Shown one piece after another: positions 15,452 to 25,617 of a stretch of DNA of 64,000 nucleotides; positions within the stretch are counted from its first letter, which is position 1; each line of letters opens with the position of its first letter. Location of the stretch: NCBI GenBank assembly GCA_029865985.1, contig JARXAF010000151.1, positions 36-64,035 of the forward strand, in the 5' to 3' direction. Below the pieces are notes generated by a model, which was not told the origin of the DNA, ran no database searches, and worked only from the letters and a program-made list of their open reading frames with translations. The translations under genes were made by a program, and so were the position numbers. This DNA is from Verrucomicrobiota bacterium. GTDB lineage: Bacteria > Verrucomicrobiota > Verrucomicrobiia > Limisphaerales > UBA9464.

Positions 15452-16531
15452 TTAGGCAGCAATCCTGATCTCTTGAACTCCTGCTTCAATCCTTGCCCTA
15501 GCAATGGTCAACCGCCGCACCTCGGTCAGTTCCTCAAGGCATGGAACATGGAGTTCTGCACGTCTTGCGTATGCTCGATGGACTGCTTTGCTGCCATGGC
15601 CCAGCGCAGCTTGGGCAAATCTCTCAGGCATTCCCGCGATTGCTGCCCTCTCTGCCCATGCATAGCGATGACTATGGATCGTAACTCCTTCGATCCCAAG
15701 GCCTGAACAGCGCTGCTTGAATACCGTAGCCCTGTCGCATGCGCGCAGTTTTACTAGGTAAGGAAACAGCGGGCCACTAGTTGGCAAGGTTTTCAGGACT
15801 TCTGCGCACTCGCGACCAAAGGCTTGATGGCAGAGGGCCTTGGTTTTTCGACGGATGAACGTGACCGTCCCACGCTCCCAATCGATATTTTCTGCGCGAA
15901 GATGAGCCATGTCCGAATTGCTTCCGCCAAAAAACCAACAGAGTTGGTAGTAGGCGCGCCTCTCAGGGTGAGTCTCCTGACTCATGATCATCTCATGCTG
16001 TTCTGAGGTGATCGCAATTTTCGGGCTGAAAACCACTTTGGGCCAGTAAGACTTCGTTAGAATCGGCTTGTGAATCCAGCTCAACTCCAGAGCGAAGTTA
16101 TGGAATCGGCGGAGAAAGACGTTGGTGGCGACGCCACCGTTTCGGATCACCTCGAAGATCTCTGTGGCCTTGGTCTCTCCAACGGCGCGATCCAGCAGGG
16201 GAAGCAGGGCCTTGTCCTTCGCTGCATTTTCAATTCGCTCTTGCGTTGATTTGCCGCGCTTTTTGCAGATGAGACACTCTTCAATAACCCTGCGCCATGT
16301 GTGGCTTTTGGCCTCGGGATCACCTTCCCGCAGGTAGGCGTTCCCCACCTCTTTGGCCATTGCAGGCAGGGTCCTGCCCATAATTCTTGCGTCCAGAATT
16401 CGCTGGGCCTGCTGGGGATCCTTGGTCTTGAGGCTGGTGTGCTTGGGTTTTCCTTGGGTTTCGTCCACAAAGTAGAAGTACCCTGAGGCTTGGCGGCGGT
16501 AGATGCGGTAGGAGTTTGGAATGACCTTCAT
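15452..16531 (-). CDS. tyrosine-type site-specific recombinase/integrase
   Basis: ORF 15452..16651, with a likely start at ATG 16531 (MKVIPNSYRIYRR). C-terminal catalytic signature HSHRYAWAERAA...LGHGSKAVHRAYAR (HxxR ... H ... Y). Adjacent to tRNA-Thr. Confidence 0.9.
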   Translation of the reverse strand: MKVIPNSYRIYRRQASGYFYFVDETQGKPKHTSLKTKDPQQAQRILDARIMGRTLPAMAKEVGNAYLREGDPEAKSHTWRRVIEECLICKKRGKSTQERIENAAKDKALLPLLDRAVGETKATEIFEVIRNGGVATNVFLRRFHNFALELSWIHKPILTKSYWPKVVFSPKIAITSEQHEMIMSQETHPERRAYYQLCWFFGGSNSDMAHLRAENIDWERGTVTFIRRKTKALCHQAFGRECAEVLKTLPTSGPLFPYLVKLRACDRATVFKQRCSGLGIEGVTIHSHRYAWAERAAIAGMPERFAQAALGHGSKAVHRAYARRAELHVPCLEELTEVRRLTIARARIEAGVQEIRIAA

Positions 16532-16708
16532 AATGTCGGTCCAAAGGCTAGAGTAGCCAACCCCGCACTCCTTACCCCTGAGTAAGAGGTGACTGAAGGA
16601 GAGTGGCGGCAAGTGATCCCGACCCGTCTCCAGTGGCAATTTCCGTGGCACTGCTTGAGACAGTTTCTAGAAAATCGCCGTTTTCCTGAGGAAAACCGCA
16701 AAAAAAAT

Positions 16709-16729
16709 TGGAGCCGACTGTCGGGATTG
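16709..16729. repeat. tRNA-proximal att-type direct repeat (within tRNA-Thr)
   Basis: Identical to 3977-3997. Confidence 0.85.
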
Positions 16730-16783
16730 AACCGACGACCCACGGTTTACAAAACCGTTGCTCTGCCGCTGAGCTAAGCCGGC
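16709..16783 (-). tRNA. tRNA-Thr (anticodon UGU), CCA encoded
   Basis: The reverse complement folds as a cloverleaf: GCCGGCT TA GCTC AGCGGC AGAGC A ACGGT TTTGTAA ACCGT GGGTC GTCGG TTCAATC CCGAC AGTCGGC T CCA. The anticodon loop is TT-TGT-AA. Confidence 0.92.
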
Positions 16784-16968
16784 CCGATGTACTCCGATGT
16801 GGAGTGCGGGAATGGCACCTAACGGCGCTTACTCCCGGTGGGCATTGAGCCTTGCTTGCAGAGACTCCAAAGCCAAGAGGAAGTTTTTCTCGACCTCACC
16901 AGCCTATGATCTACCTCCAAAGGTCACGCCGGTGAATCGGAGTTTCCGCGAAATCCGCCCTTCTCAGG

Positions 16969-18258
16969 ATGGCCGCCAGGGGCATGCTGGTGGGCATGAC
17001 CTCCCTGAAGAACACACTCCTGATGCTTGGCCTCGCCGCCTGGGTCGCTCACGCCGAGAACTGGCCGCAATTCCGTGGTCCGGACGGTCAGGGCCACTCC
17101 AAGGAGAGCTCGGTTCCCACCACTTGGTCAGCAACCGACCACTTGGCGTGGACGACCGAGATCCCGGGCGAGGCGTGGTCTTCGCCGATCGTGCACGGGA
17201 ACCGGGTCTTCGTGACCACCACCACGGACAATGGCGAGTCGTGCCGAATCATCGGGCTGGAGCGCAAGACCGGACGCATCCTCTGGAACACCGAAGTGTT
17301 CCGCCAGGTGCCACGACGCAAGGAGACCCGCAATTCGTACGCGACACCCACGCCGGCGACCGACGGCAGGCGTGTCTACGCGTGCTTCGGTGATGGCAGT
17401 TTCGCTGCGGTAGACTTCGACGGCAAACCTCTCTGGATCAACCGCGAACACCCCTTCTACAGCCAACACGGGTTGGGCACCGCGTTGGTCCTCCACGACG
17501 GATTGCTCATCATGTCGAGGGATGCCAGCAGCGAGGGAGCCGACAAGAAGGTGGGCTGGCAGATACCTTGGGAAAAATCCTACGTGGTGGCGCTCGATGC
17601 CAAGACCGGGAAGCAGCAATGGCGCACCGGACGCGGAAGGTCGCGTATTTCGCATGGCACACCCGTGCTGTGGAGCGATCCAACAGGACGTCGTCAATTG
17701 GTGACCGAAGCGGGCGACGTGCTGCAGGGATTCGACCTCAAATCGGGCACACTTCTGTGGACCAGCGATGTGCCCGGTGAAGGCAAGGTGCCGTCGGTGG
17801 TCATCGGTGGCGGCATGGCATTCTGCTCAGGTGGATGGGGAGGCAAGGATGGCATCAAGGCGTTCCGATTGGGAGGCGAGGGATCACTCAAGCAATCCAA
17901 CCTTGTGTGGGAGCAGAAGCGCGGTGAACCGAAGGTTCCCTCGCTCATTCACCTGGATGGCCTTGTCTACGCCATGACCGATACCGGCATGGCGACCTGC
18001 TACGAGGCCTCCACCGGGGCCATCGTCTGGCAGGAGCGGGTCGGTGGAAACTTCTCGGCGTCGCCTGTGTCAGCAGCCGGGCGGATCTACTTCGTCGGAG
18101 ACAACGGGCAGACGACTGTGCTTGATGCCTCGAAGACCTTCCGTGTGGTGGCGCGCAATCCCTTGGTCGAGGGCGAAGAGGTCCAAGCGTCCCCGGCGAT
18201 CTCGCAAGGTTTGTTCCTGCTGCGGACGCGCCGAACGCTTTGGGCTTTCAAGAAGTGA
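16969..18258 (+). CDS. PQQ-like beta-propeller repeat protein (BamB/PQQ-binding-like), secreted
   Basis: 429 aa with a signal-like N-terminus, then ENWPQFRGPDGQGHS and repeated W-containing blade units (LWTSDV, IVWQERVGG). Confidence 0.8.
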   Translation: MAARGMLVGMTSLKNTLLMLGLAAWVAHAENWPQFRGPDGQGHSKESSVPTTWSATDHLAWTTEIPGEAWSSPIVHGNRVFVTTTTDNGESCRIIGLERKTGRILWNTEVFRQVPRRKETRNSYATPTPATDGRRVYACFGDGSFAAVDFDGKPLWINREHPFYSQHGLGTALVLHDGLLIMSRDASSEGADKKVGWQIPWEKSYVVALDAKTGKQQWRTGRGRSRISHGTPVLWSDPTGRRQLVTEAGDVLQGFDLKSGTLLWTSDVPGEGKVPSVVIGGGMAFCSGGWGGKDGIKAFRLGGEGSLKQSNLVWEQKRGEPKVPSLIHLDGLVYAMTDTGMATCYEASTGAIVWQERVGGNFSASPVSAAGRIYFVGDNGQTTVLDASKTFRVVARNPLVEGEEVQASPAISQGLFLLRTRRTLWAFKK

Positions 18259-18518
18259 AAGGACCGCGCTCCAACACCTCGGCGATCCGGCGTTCTCCAG
18301 CAAAAGTAGCATCAGCACGTTACTACTGTCGGTACTGACGGGCGTTCGCTCGGACAACGGCTCGCAGTTGGCAAAACCCGTGTCTAGGCCAGGGAATCCC
18401 CCCAAATTCCTGTCGAACCCTGACCACAATGGCGCTATGACGAAGACTGCGTCTACCAGTGTCATGTGAATTCGTGCAATCTTTCGACTCATCCACCCAT
18501 TCCTCAAGCAGGCCTGCC

Positions 18519-19199
18519 ATGCAGCAGACTTGGGCGAATCTGTTTTTCCAGCATTGGGAAGTGGATGAGTCGATGCTTCAAAGCCACCTGCCCAACGGCT
18601 TGACGGTCGACACCTTCAGGGGAAAGGCATACCTGGGAATTTGCGGTTTATCCATGAAGTCGGTTCGGCCGCAGGGTCTGCCTGCATTGCCTTGGCTGTC
18701 CAACTTCGCGGAACTGAATGTCCGAACCTACGTTCGAGATCCAGACGGCAATCCGGGCGTCTATTTCTTTTCCCTCGACTGCGATCGGGCTATCGCCGTT
18801 CTAGCTGCCCAGGCCTTTTTCTCCCTACCCTTCCGTTACGCTCAGGTGTCATTGGGGGCCACCGATCAAGACTTTACTCTTTCCTGCAGTCGATTCGGGA
18901 AACGGGGCACCGCTGAATACGCTTGGCGTCCCATTTCCAATCCCAAGGTCTCAAAACCGGGGACGTTGGAATTTCACCTGCTGGAACGGTACGTTTTCTT
19001 CACGCATCGCAACGGCAAACTCCACCAAGGGCGGGTTCACCATCCCCCCTACGAGGTATCGCGCGCTGAATCCACAGAATGGAGCACCCTACCGCTGGCT
19101 TGGAATGGCTTCATTATCCATTCCCGACCTCCGGATCTGGCCCACTGCTGCAGCGGAGTCTCGGTTGCGGCGTACCCCTTGACTCCAGTCGGAGCTTAG
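18519..19199 (+). CDS. DUF2071 (COG3361) family protein
   Basis: Start at ATG 18519 (MQQTWANLFFQHWEV). NFAELNVRTYVRDPDGNPGVYFFSLDCDRAIAVLAAQAFFSLPFRYAQV matches the family pattern as I recall it. Confidence 0.7.
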   Translation: MQQTWANLFFQHWEVDESMLQSHLPNGLTVDTFRGKAYLGICGLSMKSVRPQGLPALPWLSNFAELNVRTYVRDPDGNPGVYFFSLDCDRAIAVLAAQAFFSLPFRYAQVSLGATDQDFTLSCSRFGKRGTAEYAWRPISNPKVSKPGTLEFHLLERYVFFTHRNGKLHQGRVHHPPYEVSRAESTEWSTLPLAWNGFIIHSRPPDLAHCCSGVSVAAYPLTPVGA

Positions 19200-19203
19200 A
19201 AGC

Positions 19204-20115
19204 TCAACGGTTTACCAACCATCGCGCCGCATTGCCTACGATCCGGAGGGCGTTCGGGTTGAAGAAGACCGGGTAGGTTTCGTGACCGGGACGGAAATAA
19301 AAGATCCGCCCCCGACCCAAACGCCACACCGATCCGCTGCGAAACCACTCGCCCGAAGCCCAATGCTCTTCAAGCACCACCTCGTCCGGAGCCGGCACGT
19401 GGAAGGGTTCGTCATACATCTCGGTCTGCTCGATCGCGAAAGACTCCGGCAAGCCTTGGGCAATCGGATGATGCGGCAGACGGATCCGGACTTCGCTCGG
19501 TTTCCCGTCACCCCGATAGGCCGGGAAGCAGCAATTGGCCCGGAGCAACCGCACCTCGACGGGGCCCTGCGGCGGGCGACGGTATTGAACCTCCGGCGAC
19601 AATCGTTCCTTGTAGCTCGGGGCCATCCACGGCCGGGGCAACAAGTCGCTTTCGACCATCACCGCACAGGCGCGCTCTGCCTCAGGCAGGGCCGCCAACG
19701 CCCTATCGCGGGCCACGGCGTTCATGGATTCGACGAAGGGGCGGGACCAGTGCGCCGAATGAAGGGCCAGCAAAGAGAGCTTCCCAGAGCGAATCCGCTC
19801 AACAATCCGCGCGGCGGTCGAGGGCTCGATCTCGGCGTGGCGGACATGGCCCCACCAAACCAGAACGTCGACCGAATCCAAATCCCGGAGACCCTGCTCT
19901 GCATCATCGATGCAAACCGAATCGACGGACAGGCCTGGTAGTGTCTGCAGGTGGTCCGCGATCTGGTTTCCGAGCCAATTTGGGTAAGCCTTCTTCTGGG
20001 CTGGCTGGCGCTCGTCCCAGACACGCACGCGAATCCGGGAAGATTGCGGAGTCTTGCAGCCCGCGGCCGCCACAACAGCAGCACCGCCTACTAACCAATC
20101 GCGTCGGGAAATCAT
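19204..20115 (-). CDS. ThuA-like (trehalose-utilisation-type) domain protein
   Basis: ORF 19204..20154, with a likely start at ATG 20115 (MISRRDWLVGGAAVVAAAGC, Tat/lipoprotein-like). VRVWDERQP...DVLVWWGHVRH. Confidence 0.6.
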   Translation of the reverse strand: MISRRDWLVGGAAVVAAAGCKTPQSSRIRVRVWDERQPAQKKAYPNWLGNQIADHLQTLPGLSVDSVCIDDAEQGLRDLDSVDVLVWWGHVRHAEIEPSTAARIVERIRSGKLSLLALHSAHWSRPFVESMNAVARDRALAALPEAERACAVMVESDLLPRPWMAPSYKERLSPEVQYRRPPQGPVEVRLLRANCCFPAYRGDGKPSEVRIRLPHHPIAQGLPESFAIEQTEMYDEPFHVPAPDEVVLEEHWASGEWFRSGSVWRLGRGRIFYFRPGHETYPVFFNPNALRIVGNAARWLVNR

Positions 20116-20325
20116 GGGGTGGATCGTCCGGTGAAACCACGCCTCAGGCAACACCGTCCCACCGAGTTCGACGTTGCAGTGGCAACTCGATGAACCCTTT
20201 TCCGGAACATGGTTCGACAGTTTTTATGAATGACTGACCCCTTTTGTGTAAATATGCGGGACCGACCCCTTTTGGACTACCGGATTGCTTAGAGGGGGAG
20301 GATCTCGCCATGATCAGGGTCTTAT

Positions 20326-23058
20326 ATGTCGAGGCGGCAATACCCGTTTCATTTGATTGAACCCCAGTGGCAGCGGCACTGGGCGGCAGAACAAACTTTC
20401 CGGGCGTGGAACCCGGGGGACCGCATTCCGGAATCCCACCCCTTCGGGCTGCGCCATGGGCTGGACGGGCGAGCTGCGTCGGCGTCGGAATTGCCACCGA
20501 AGTTCTACATCCTCGACATGTTCCCCTACCCCTCCGGGGCCGGCTTGCATGTCGGGCATCCCGAGGGGTACACGGCGACGGACATCCTGGCGCGCTATCG
20601 CCGGGCCCAGGGCTTCAACGTGCTGCACCCGATGGGTTGGGACTCGTTCGGTCTTCCTGCAGAGCAGTATGCCGTGAAAACGGGCCAGCACCCGCGGATC
20701 ACCACCGAGACCAACATCGCGAATTTCACCCGCCAGATCCAATCGCTGGGCTTCAGCTATGACTGGACGCGCGAAGTAGCCACGACCGATCCAGAATACT
20801 TCCGCTGGACGCAGTGGATTTTCCTGAAGATTTACAACTCGTGGTTCAACCCGGCCACGAACAAGGCCGAACCCATCGACACGCTGTCCTACCCGGCCGA
20901 CTGCCAGACCGAGGCCCAGCAGCGTGCCTTCCGAGATTCCAAGCGACTGGCTTATGTCAGCGAGGCTCCGGTGAATTGGTGCCCCGAGCTGGGCACCGTG
21001 CTGGCCAACGAAGAAGTCATCGACGGCAAGAGCGAGGTGGGCGGCTTCCCGGTGATTCGCAAGCCGATGCGCCAGTGGATGCTGCGCATTACCGCCTATG
21101 CCGAAAAGCTCCTGGCCGACCTGAACACCATTGAGTGGTCCGACTCGCTCAAGGAGATGCAACGCAACTGGATCGGTCGCAGCGAGGGGGCCGAGGTTGA
21201 TTTCCAAGTGGACGGACAGCCCGAGAAGATCCGGGTGTTCACCACGCGGCCCGATACCCTGTTCGGGGCCACTTACATGGTTCTGTCGCCGGAGCACCGA
21301 CTCGTGGCAGGCCTCACCACACCGGCGCAATCCGCCGCGGTGAAGCAATATCAGGAATTCGCGGCCACCAAGTCCGATTTGGAACGCACCGAGTTGGCCA
21401 AAGACAAAACCGGTGTCTGGACCGGCGCCTTTGCCATCAATCCGGTGACTGGCGGCCAGATCCCCATTTGGATCGCCGACTACGTCCTCGCGAGCTATGG
21501 CACCGGGGCCATCATGGCCGTGCCTGCCCACGATGAGCGGGATTTCGAGTTCGCCCAGAAGTTCGGGCTGCCTGTGGTGCAGGTGGTTCAGCCGCCCGAT
21601 GCGAAGACCGAGTGGCAGGGCTTCTGCGACGAGGGCACGGCCGTGAATTCGGGCAACGCCGAGCTCGCGCTCGACGGGCTGCCCACCGCGGAGGCCAAGC
21701 GGCAAATCACCGTCTGGCTGGAGTCGAAGGGGCTCGGCCAGAAGACGGTGAACTTCAAGCTGCGGGACTGGCTCTTCAGCCGTCAGCGCTACTGGGGAGA
21801 ACCGTTCCCGATCCTTTGGCGCAAGGACGCCGATGGAAATTTGTACCACGAGGCATTGCCCGAGACGGCCCTGCCGCTGATGCCGCCGACGCTCGAGGAC
21901 TACAAGCCGACGGCCGACGGACAACCGCCTCTGGCCCGCGCTCAAGACTGGCTGCACCTGCCGGACGGCGCCATTCGCGAGACCAACACCATGCCTCAGT
22001 GGGCGGGTTCGTGCTGGTATTACCTGCGCTACCTCGATGCGAAGAATGCTCAGGGCTTCGTGGGCCGCGAGGTTGAGAACTACTGGATGAAATCCGGTGG
22101 CAAGACGCCCGGAGTAGACCTCTACGTGGGCGGTACCGAGCACGCCGTGCTGCATCTGTTGTACGCCCGTTTCTGGCACAAGGTGCTGTTCGACTTGGGA
22201 CAGGTGTCGACTGCAGAACCCTTCTTCAAGCTGGTCAACCAGGGCCTGATCCTCGGTGAAGACGGCCAGAAGATGTCCAAATCCCGCGGCAACGTGGTCA
22301 ACCCAGATGACGTGCTGGTGGAATATGGTGCCGACGCGTTCCGCCTGTATGAGATGTTCATGGGACCGCTGCAGGACACCAAGCCGTGGAACACTCAGGG
22401 CGTCGAAGGCGTGTACCGCTTCCTCGGCCGGGTGTGGCGTCTCTTTGTCGACGAAAAGGCCGAGACGGATTACGAGCAAGCCTCGACCGTCGCCAGCGGA
22501 ACCGATTCCGCCGCCGAGTCTGCCCGGCTGCTCGACCTGATCCGCCTCTCGCCGCTCATCCGCGACGACGCACCGACCCCGGCCCAGCTCAAGCTGTTGC
22601 ACGAGTGCATCCGCAAGGTGACCCACGACCTGGAACACCTCCAGTTCAACACGGCCATCTCGGCCATGATGGTGTTCATCAATGGGGCCATGACCTGGGA
22701 AAATCGACCGTCGACCGTGCTCGGATCCTTCCTGCAATTGTTGGCGCCGTTTTCACCGCACCTGGCCGAAGAACTTTGGCAGCGGCTGCACCAGCACCGG
22801 GACGCCGCAGTGCCATCGCTAACCTATGCACCCTGGCCTGCGTTCGATCCGGCTCTCTTGGTCGAGACCGACATGGAGCTGCCCGTGCAGGTCAACGGCA
22901 AGCTGCGCGATGTGATCCGGATGCCCGTGGACGCCACCGCCGCGGAAATCGAAGCCGCCGCGCTGAAGGCCGAAAAGGCGCAACAGTTCATCGTGGGCAA
23001 GACCGTGAAGAAGGTCATCGTCGTACCGCGCAAGATGGTCAACGTGGTGGTGGCCTGA
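20326..23058 (+). CDS. leuS: leucine--tRNA ligase
   Basis: 910 aa. [23 protein letters not shown] (HIGH-type), KMSKSRGN (KMSKS), and LeuS-typical blocks WFNPATNK...[16 protein letters not shown]. Confidence 0.97.
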   Translation: MSRRQYPFHLIEPQWQRHWAAEQTFRAWNPGDRIPESHPFGLRHGLDGRAASASELPPKFYILDMFPYPSGAGLHVGHPEGYTATDILARYRRAQGFNVLHPMGWDSFGLPAEQYAVKTGQHPRITTETNIANFTRQIQSLGFSYDWTREVATTDPEYFRWTQWIFLKIYNSWFNPATNKAEPIDTLSYPADCQTEAQQRAFRDSKRLAYVSEAPVNWCPELGTVLANEEVIDGKSEVGGFPVIRKPMRQWMLRITAYAEKLLADLNTIEWSDSLKEMQRNWIGRSEGAEVDFQVDGQPEKIRVFTTRPDTLFGATYMVLSPEHRLVAGLTTPAQSAAVKQYQEFAATKSDLERTELAKDKTGVWTGAFAINPVTGGQIPIWIADYVLASYGTGAIMAVPAHDERDFEFAQKFGLPVVQVVQPPDAKTEWQGFCDEGTAVNSGNAELALDGLPTAEAKRQITVWLESKGLGQKTVNFKLRDWLFSRQRYWGEPFPILWRKDADGNLYHEALPETALPLMPPTLEDYKPTADGQPPLARAQDWLHLPDGAIRETNTMPQWAGSCWYYLRYLDAKNAQGFVGREVENYWMKSGGKTPGVDLYVGGTEHAVLHLLYARFWHKVLFDLGQVSTAEPFFKLVNQGLILGEDGQKMSKSRGNVVNPDDVLVEYGADAFRLYEMFMGPLQDTKPWNTQGVEGVYRFLGRVWRLFVDEKAETDYEQASTVASGTDSAAESARLLDLIRLSPLIRDDAPTPAQLKLLHECIRKVTHDLEHLQFNTAISAMMVFINGAMTWENRPSTVLGSFLQLLAPFSPHLAEELWQRLHQHRDAAVPSLTYAPWPAFDPALLVETDMELPVQVNGKLRDVIRMPVDATAAEIEAAALKAEKAQQFIVGKTVKKVIVVPRKMVNVVVA

Positions 23059-23080
23059 TCCATTGCTCGGCATCCAGCCC

Positions 23081-23248
23081 ATGAAATCGCTCACAAAACA
23101 CCTCACTGCAGACGAACTCCGGATCGTCTGGATTTTGACGGCGGTGTTGCTCATGGGCATCGGCGGCAAAATTTGGATCTCCAGCCACCGCGGGACCGAT
23201 TCCACGAGCACTCCCCACGCCAGTTCAGCCTCCGTACCGACTCCCTGA
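23081..23248 (+). CDS. small membrane protein (hypothetical)
   Basis: ATG at 23081, one hydrophobic segment (IVWILTAVLLMGIGG). Its stop at 23246-23248 directly abuts the ATG at 23249 of the next gene. Confidence 0.35.
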   Translation: MKSLTKHLTADELRIVWILTAVLLMGIGGKIWISSHRGTDSTSTPHASSASVPTP

Positions 23249-23644
23249 ATGGAACTTCCCCGCCCCAAAGATCCGATCGCCGATCTGGTGGCCACTGATG
23301 GCCGTTATCACCGCGACGCCTACCTCTTTTTGAGGGACGCCTTGGAATACACGCAGCGCACCTTGAAACGGGAGGTCGGTGGAAAGACCCGTCACATCAC
23401 CGGACAGGAATTGCTGGAAGGCATTCGGGAACATGCCCTGAAGGAATACGGCCCGATGGCGCTGACGGTGCTGGCGGAGTGGGGCATCCAGCGTTCGGAG
23501 GATTTTGGAGAAATCGTCTTCAACATGGTCGAACACGGGATCCTTTCCAAGACGGAGACCGACACGCGGAAGGACTTTCAGGACGGCTACGATTTCGAGA
23601 AGGCCTTCCGCACTCCATTCAAGCCATCCAACCGGGTGGCCTGA
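23249..23644 (+). CDS. conserved hypothetical protein (resembles a small PVC-restricted family)
   Basis: 131 aa with DGRYHRDAYLFLRDALEYTQ. The family name (Minf_1886-like) is recalled from memory and unverified. Confidence 0.55.
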   Translation: MELPRPKDPIADLVATDGRYHRDAYLFLRDALEYTQRTLKREVGGKTRHITGQELLEGIREHALKEYGPMALTVLAEWGIQRSEDFGEIVFNMVEHGILSKTETDTRKDFQDGYDFEKAFRTPFKPSNRVA

Positions 23645-23734
23645 TCTCCCCGCAGTCACCGATACAAACGGCACGACTCTGGCTTCCAACGTCTGCAGGG
23701 TCCGGCCTTTGCCGGAGCCAGAACCTGAACCCGC

Positions 23735-24658
23735 TTGAAACCCACCGCACCGCGCCCTGCCCCTTCTGACATCCTGTTCATGCTCACGGTGGGAGCCATG
23801 TGGGGACTTCATGGTCCGCTCCTGAAGCTCGCCTACCGGGCCGGACTGAACTTCGCTCTGGTTTCGGTGGGCGAATACGCCATCGCGACCCTGGCCTTCG
23901 GTGTGGCCTGTTGGATCGGTCGGGTGAAATGGCCCGCGGAGGATCGAGGATTCTGGTTGCGGATGTTCTTGGGCGGACTGGTGGGAAGCGGTGTGGTGCT
24001 CTTCCTGTTCTGGTCCTACCAACTCGGCCCCATTCCGGTCGGAGCCACGTTGCTCTTCTTGTATGTCCCCTTCACCTCGATCCTGGCTGCCCTGGTGCAT
24101 CGGCGCTGGCCACCGGTCCGTGAGATCTTTTCCGTCTGCCTTGTGACGGCGGGAGCCGTTCTGGCCACCGATTTCATGGGGTCCACCGGTCCTGACAGTT
24201 TGAAAGGTGCCCCGCAGGCCATCTTGGCAGCGCTGTGTTTCGCCGGATTTTTCATGATCTCCGAAGGGCTCGGAAATCGATCAACACCGTTGTTTCGCTC
24301 CTTTTTCTTCTCGGCCTTGTCCGGACTGATCCTGCTCGGGGTGACCTGGTTGGTCGGTTGGCCCCTGAGCGTCGTGGGAACAAGCCTCGGTGGAACCCTG
24401 CTGTGGCTCACAGTGCTCAGTGCGGTCGGACAACTGGTCCCAGTGTTCCTCATGATGAAGTCGGCCCATCGTCTCGGCGGCGGTCTGGGAAGCATCCTGA
24501 CTTCGCTGGAGCTTCCGGTGGCCGTAGGACTCTCCGCCTTGCTGCTCGGAGACCCGCTGCGACTGTCCCAACTGGGCGGCATCGGGCTTATTCTCGCTGG
24601 CATCGCTCTGCCCCACTTGCGGTTGGGTCCGGTTCCTGCTTCCGGATCTCCGGAATGA
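23735..24658 (+). CDS. DMT/EamA-family transporter
   Basis: Highly hydrophobic 307-aa ORF with a TTG start at 23735 (alternative ATG at 23780). Its stop overlaps the next start (ATGA at 24655-24658). Confidence 0.7.
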   Translation: MKPTAPRPAPSDILFMLTVGAMWGLHGPLLKLAYRAGLNFALVSVGEYAIATLAFGVACWIGRVKWPAEDRGFWLRMFLGGLVGSGVVLFLFWSYQLGPIPVGATLLFLYVPFTSILAALVHRRWPPVREIFSVCLVTAGAVLATDFMGSTGPDSLKGAPQAILAALCFAGFFMISEGLGNRSTPLFRSFFFSALSGLILLGVTWLVGWPLSVVGTSLGGTLLWLTVLSAVGQLVPVFLMMKSAHRLGGGLGSILTSLELPVAVGLSALLLGDPLRLSQLGGIGLILAGIALPHLRLGPVPASGSPE

Positions 24659-25587
24659 GCGACTTGATTCCTCTCATCGATTTCTCCCCCTTCTTCAGCG
24701 GGCCTGCAGGCCGACAGAGCGTCGGAGCCGCGGTGTTCCGGGCGGCCCACGAAACCGGGTTCATGTACCTCAAGGGGCACGGGATTCCATTCGACCATGT
24801 GAGTGAAACCTTCGGACTCGCTCAGGATTTCTTCAGACTGCCCAGCGAAACCAAGGTCCAGCACCTCCGCACTGCGGGCAATTTCGGCTATCAGTCACTC
24901 GCCCAAGAGGCCTTGGATCCCACACAACCTCCCGACCTGAAGGAGGATTTCACCATGCGCAACGCCTTGGCCATTGACGCCTCGGATCCGCGCTGGCCCT
25001 CCGAAGCCTTCCGATGGAAAGCCACGGGATTCTACGACGAATGCCGCAAGCTCGCCGCGCAAGTCATGCAGGCCTTTGCCCTGGCCTTGCGATTGCCGGA
25101 GGGGTTTTTCGACGACAAGCACACGGGCAAGACACAGACCTTGAGATTCCTACACTACCCGCCCAGCCGAAGTGTGCGACCGGGTCAATTGGGGGCCGGA
25201 GCCCACACCGACTACGGGACACTCACGCTCTTGTTCCAAGACAACGCCGGCGGATTGGAGGTGCAAAATACGAATGGCCTCTGGGTACCGGCTCCACCCA
25301 TGCCCGGGACGGTGGTGGTCAACACCGGTGACTTGCTAGCCCGGTGGAGCAACGACGTTCTGCGTTCGACTCCGCATCGGGTTCAGGTGCGGCCGGAGTC
25401 GGCGGCAGCAGGGCGGCTCTCCATCGCGTTCTTCAGTGATCCCGATCCTGAGGTGCTGGTGGAAACCATCCCCTCCTGCATCACCGCCGATAGACCCGCC
25501 CGCCATGCTGCCATCCTGGCTGGTGCACACATCGAAGAACGCATCCGCATCTCCATGCAACAGGCGGCCCACGCCGCTCAGGCTTGA
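24655..25587 (+). CDS. 2-oxoglutarate/Fe(II)-dependent oxygenase (isopenicillin-N-synthase-like)
   Basis: Start at ATG 24655 (MSDLIPLIDFSPFF). GAHTDYGTLTLLFQD ... RSTPHRV (HxD...H plus RxS). Confidence 0.85.
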   Translation: MSDLIPLIDFSPFFSGPAGRQSVGAAVFRAAHETGFMYLKGHGIPFDHVSETFGLAQDFFRLPSETKVQHLRTAGNFGYQSLAQEALDPTQPPDLKEDFTMRNALAIDASDPRWPSEAFRWKATGFYDECRKLAAQVMQAFALALRLPEGFFDDKHTGKTQTLRFLHYPPSRSVRPGQLGAGAHTDYGTLTLLFQDNAGGLEVQNTNGLWVPAPPMPGTVVVNTGDLLARWSNDVLRSTPHRVQVRPESAAAGRLSIAFFSDPDPEVLVETIPSCITADRPARHAAILAGAHIEERIRISMQQAAHAAQA

Positions 25588-25617
25588 ATCGGTCCCCACT
25601 GTCCTTTCTCTAATCCC

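Larger units (their letters stand above)
3977..16729. mobile_element. tRNA-Thr-integrated genomic island (integrase, Xis-like HTH, replicon-like AT-rich module, surface-protein cargo)
   Basis: Bounded by identical 21-bp direct repeats, one of them inside tRNA-Thr. A tyrosine recombinase starts about 180 bp from the tRNA and a small HTH gene lies at the far end. Composition is visibly lower and mosaic compared with the flanks. Confidence 0.8.

Noticed and set aside
15175-15504. 109-aa ORF between FGE paralogue 2 and the integrase
   Set aside because: It overlaps the integrase 3' end, has no motif support, and is probably non-coding promoter or spacer DNA.
20314-22737. 807-aa ORF antisense to leuS
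   Set aside because: It lies entirely within and opposite the unambiguous leuS gene. The translation is Arg/Gly/Pro/Val-rich and low in information, typical of stop-free antisense frames in high-GC DNA.
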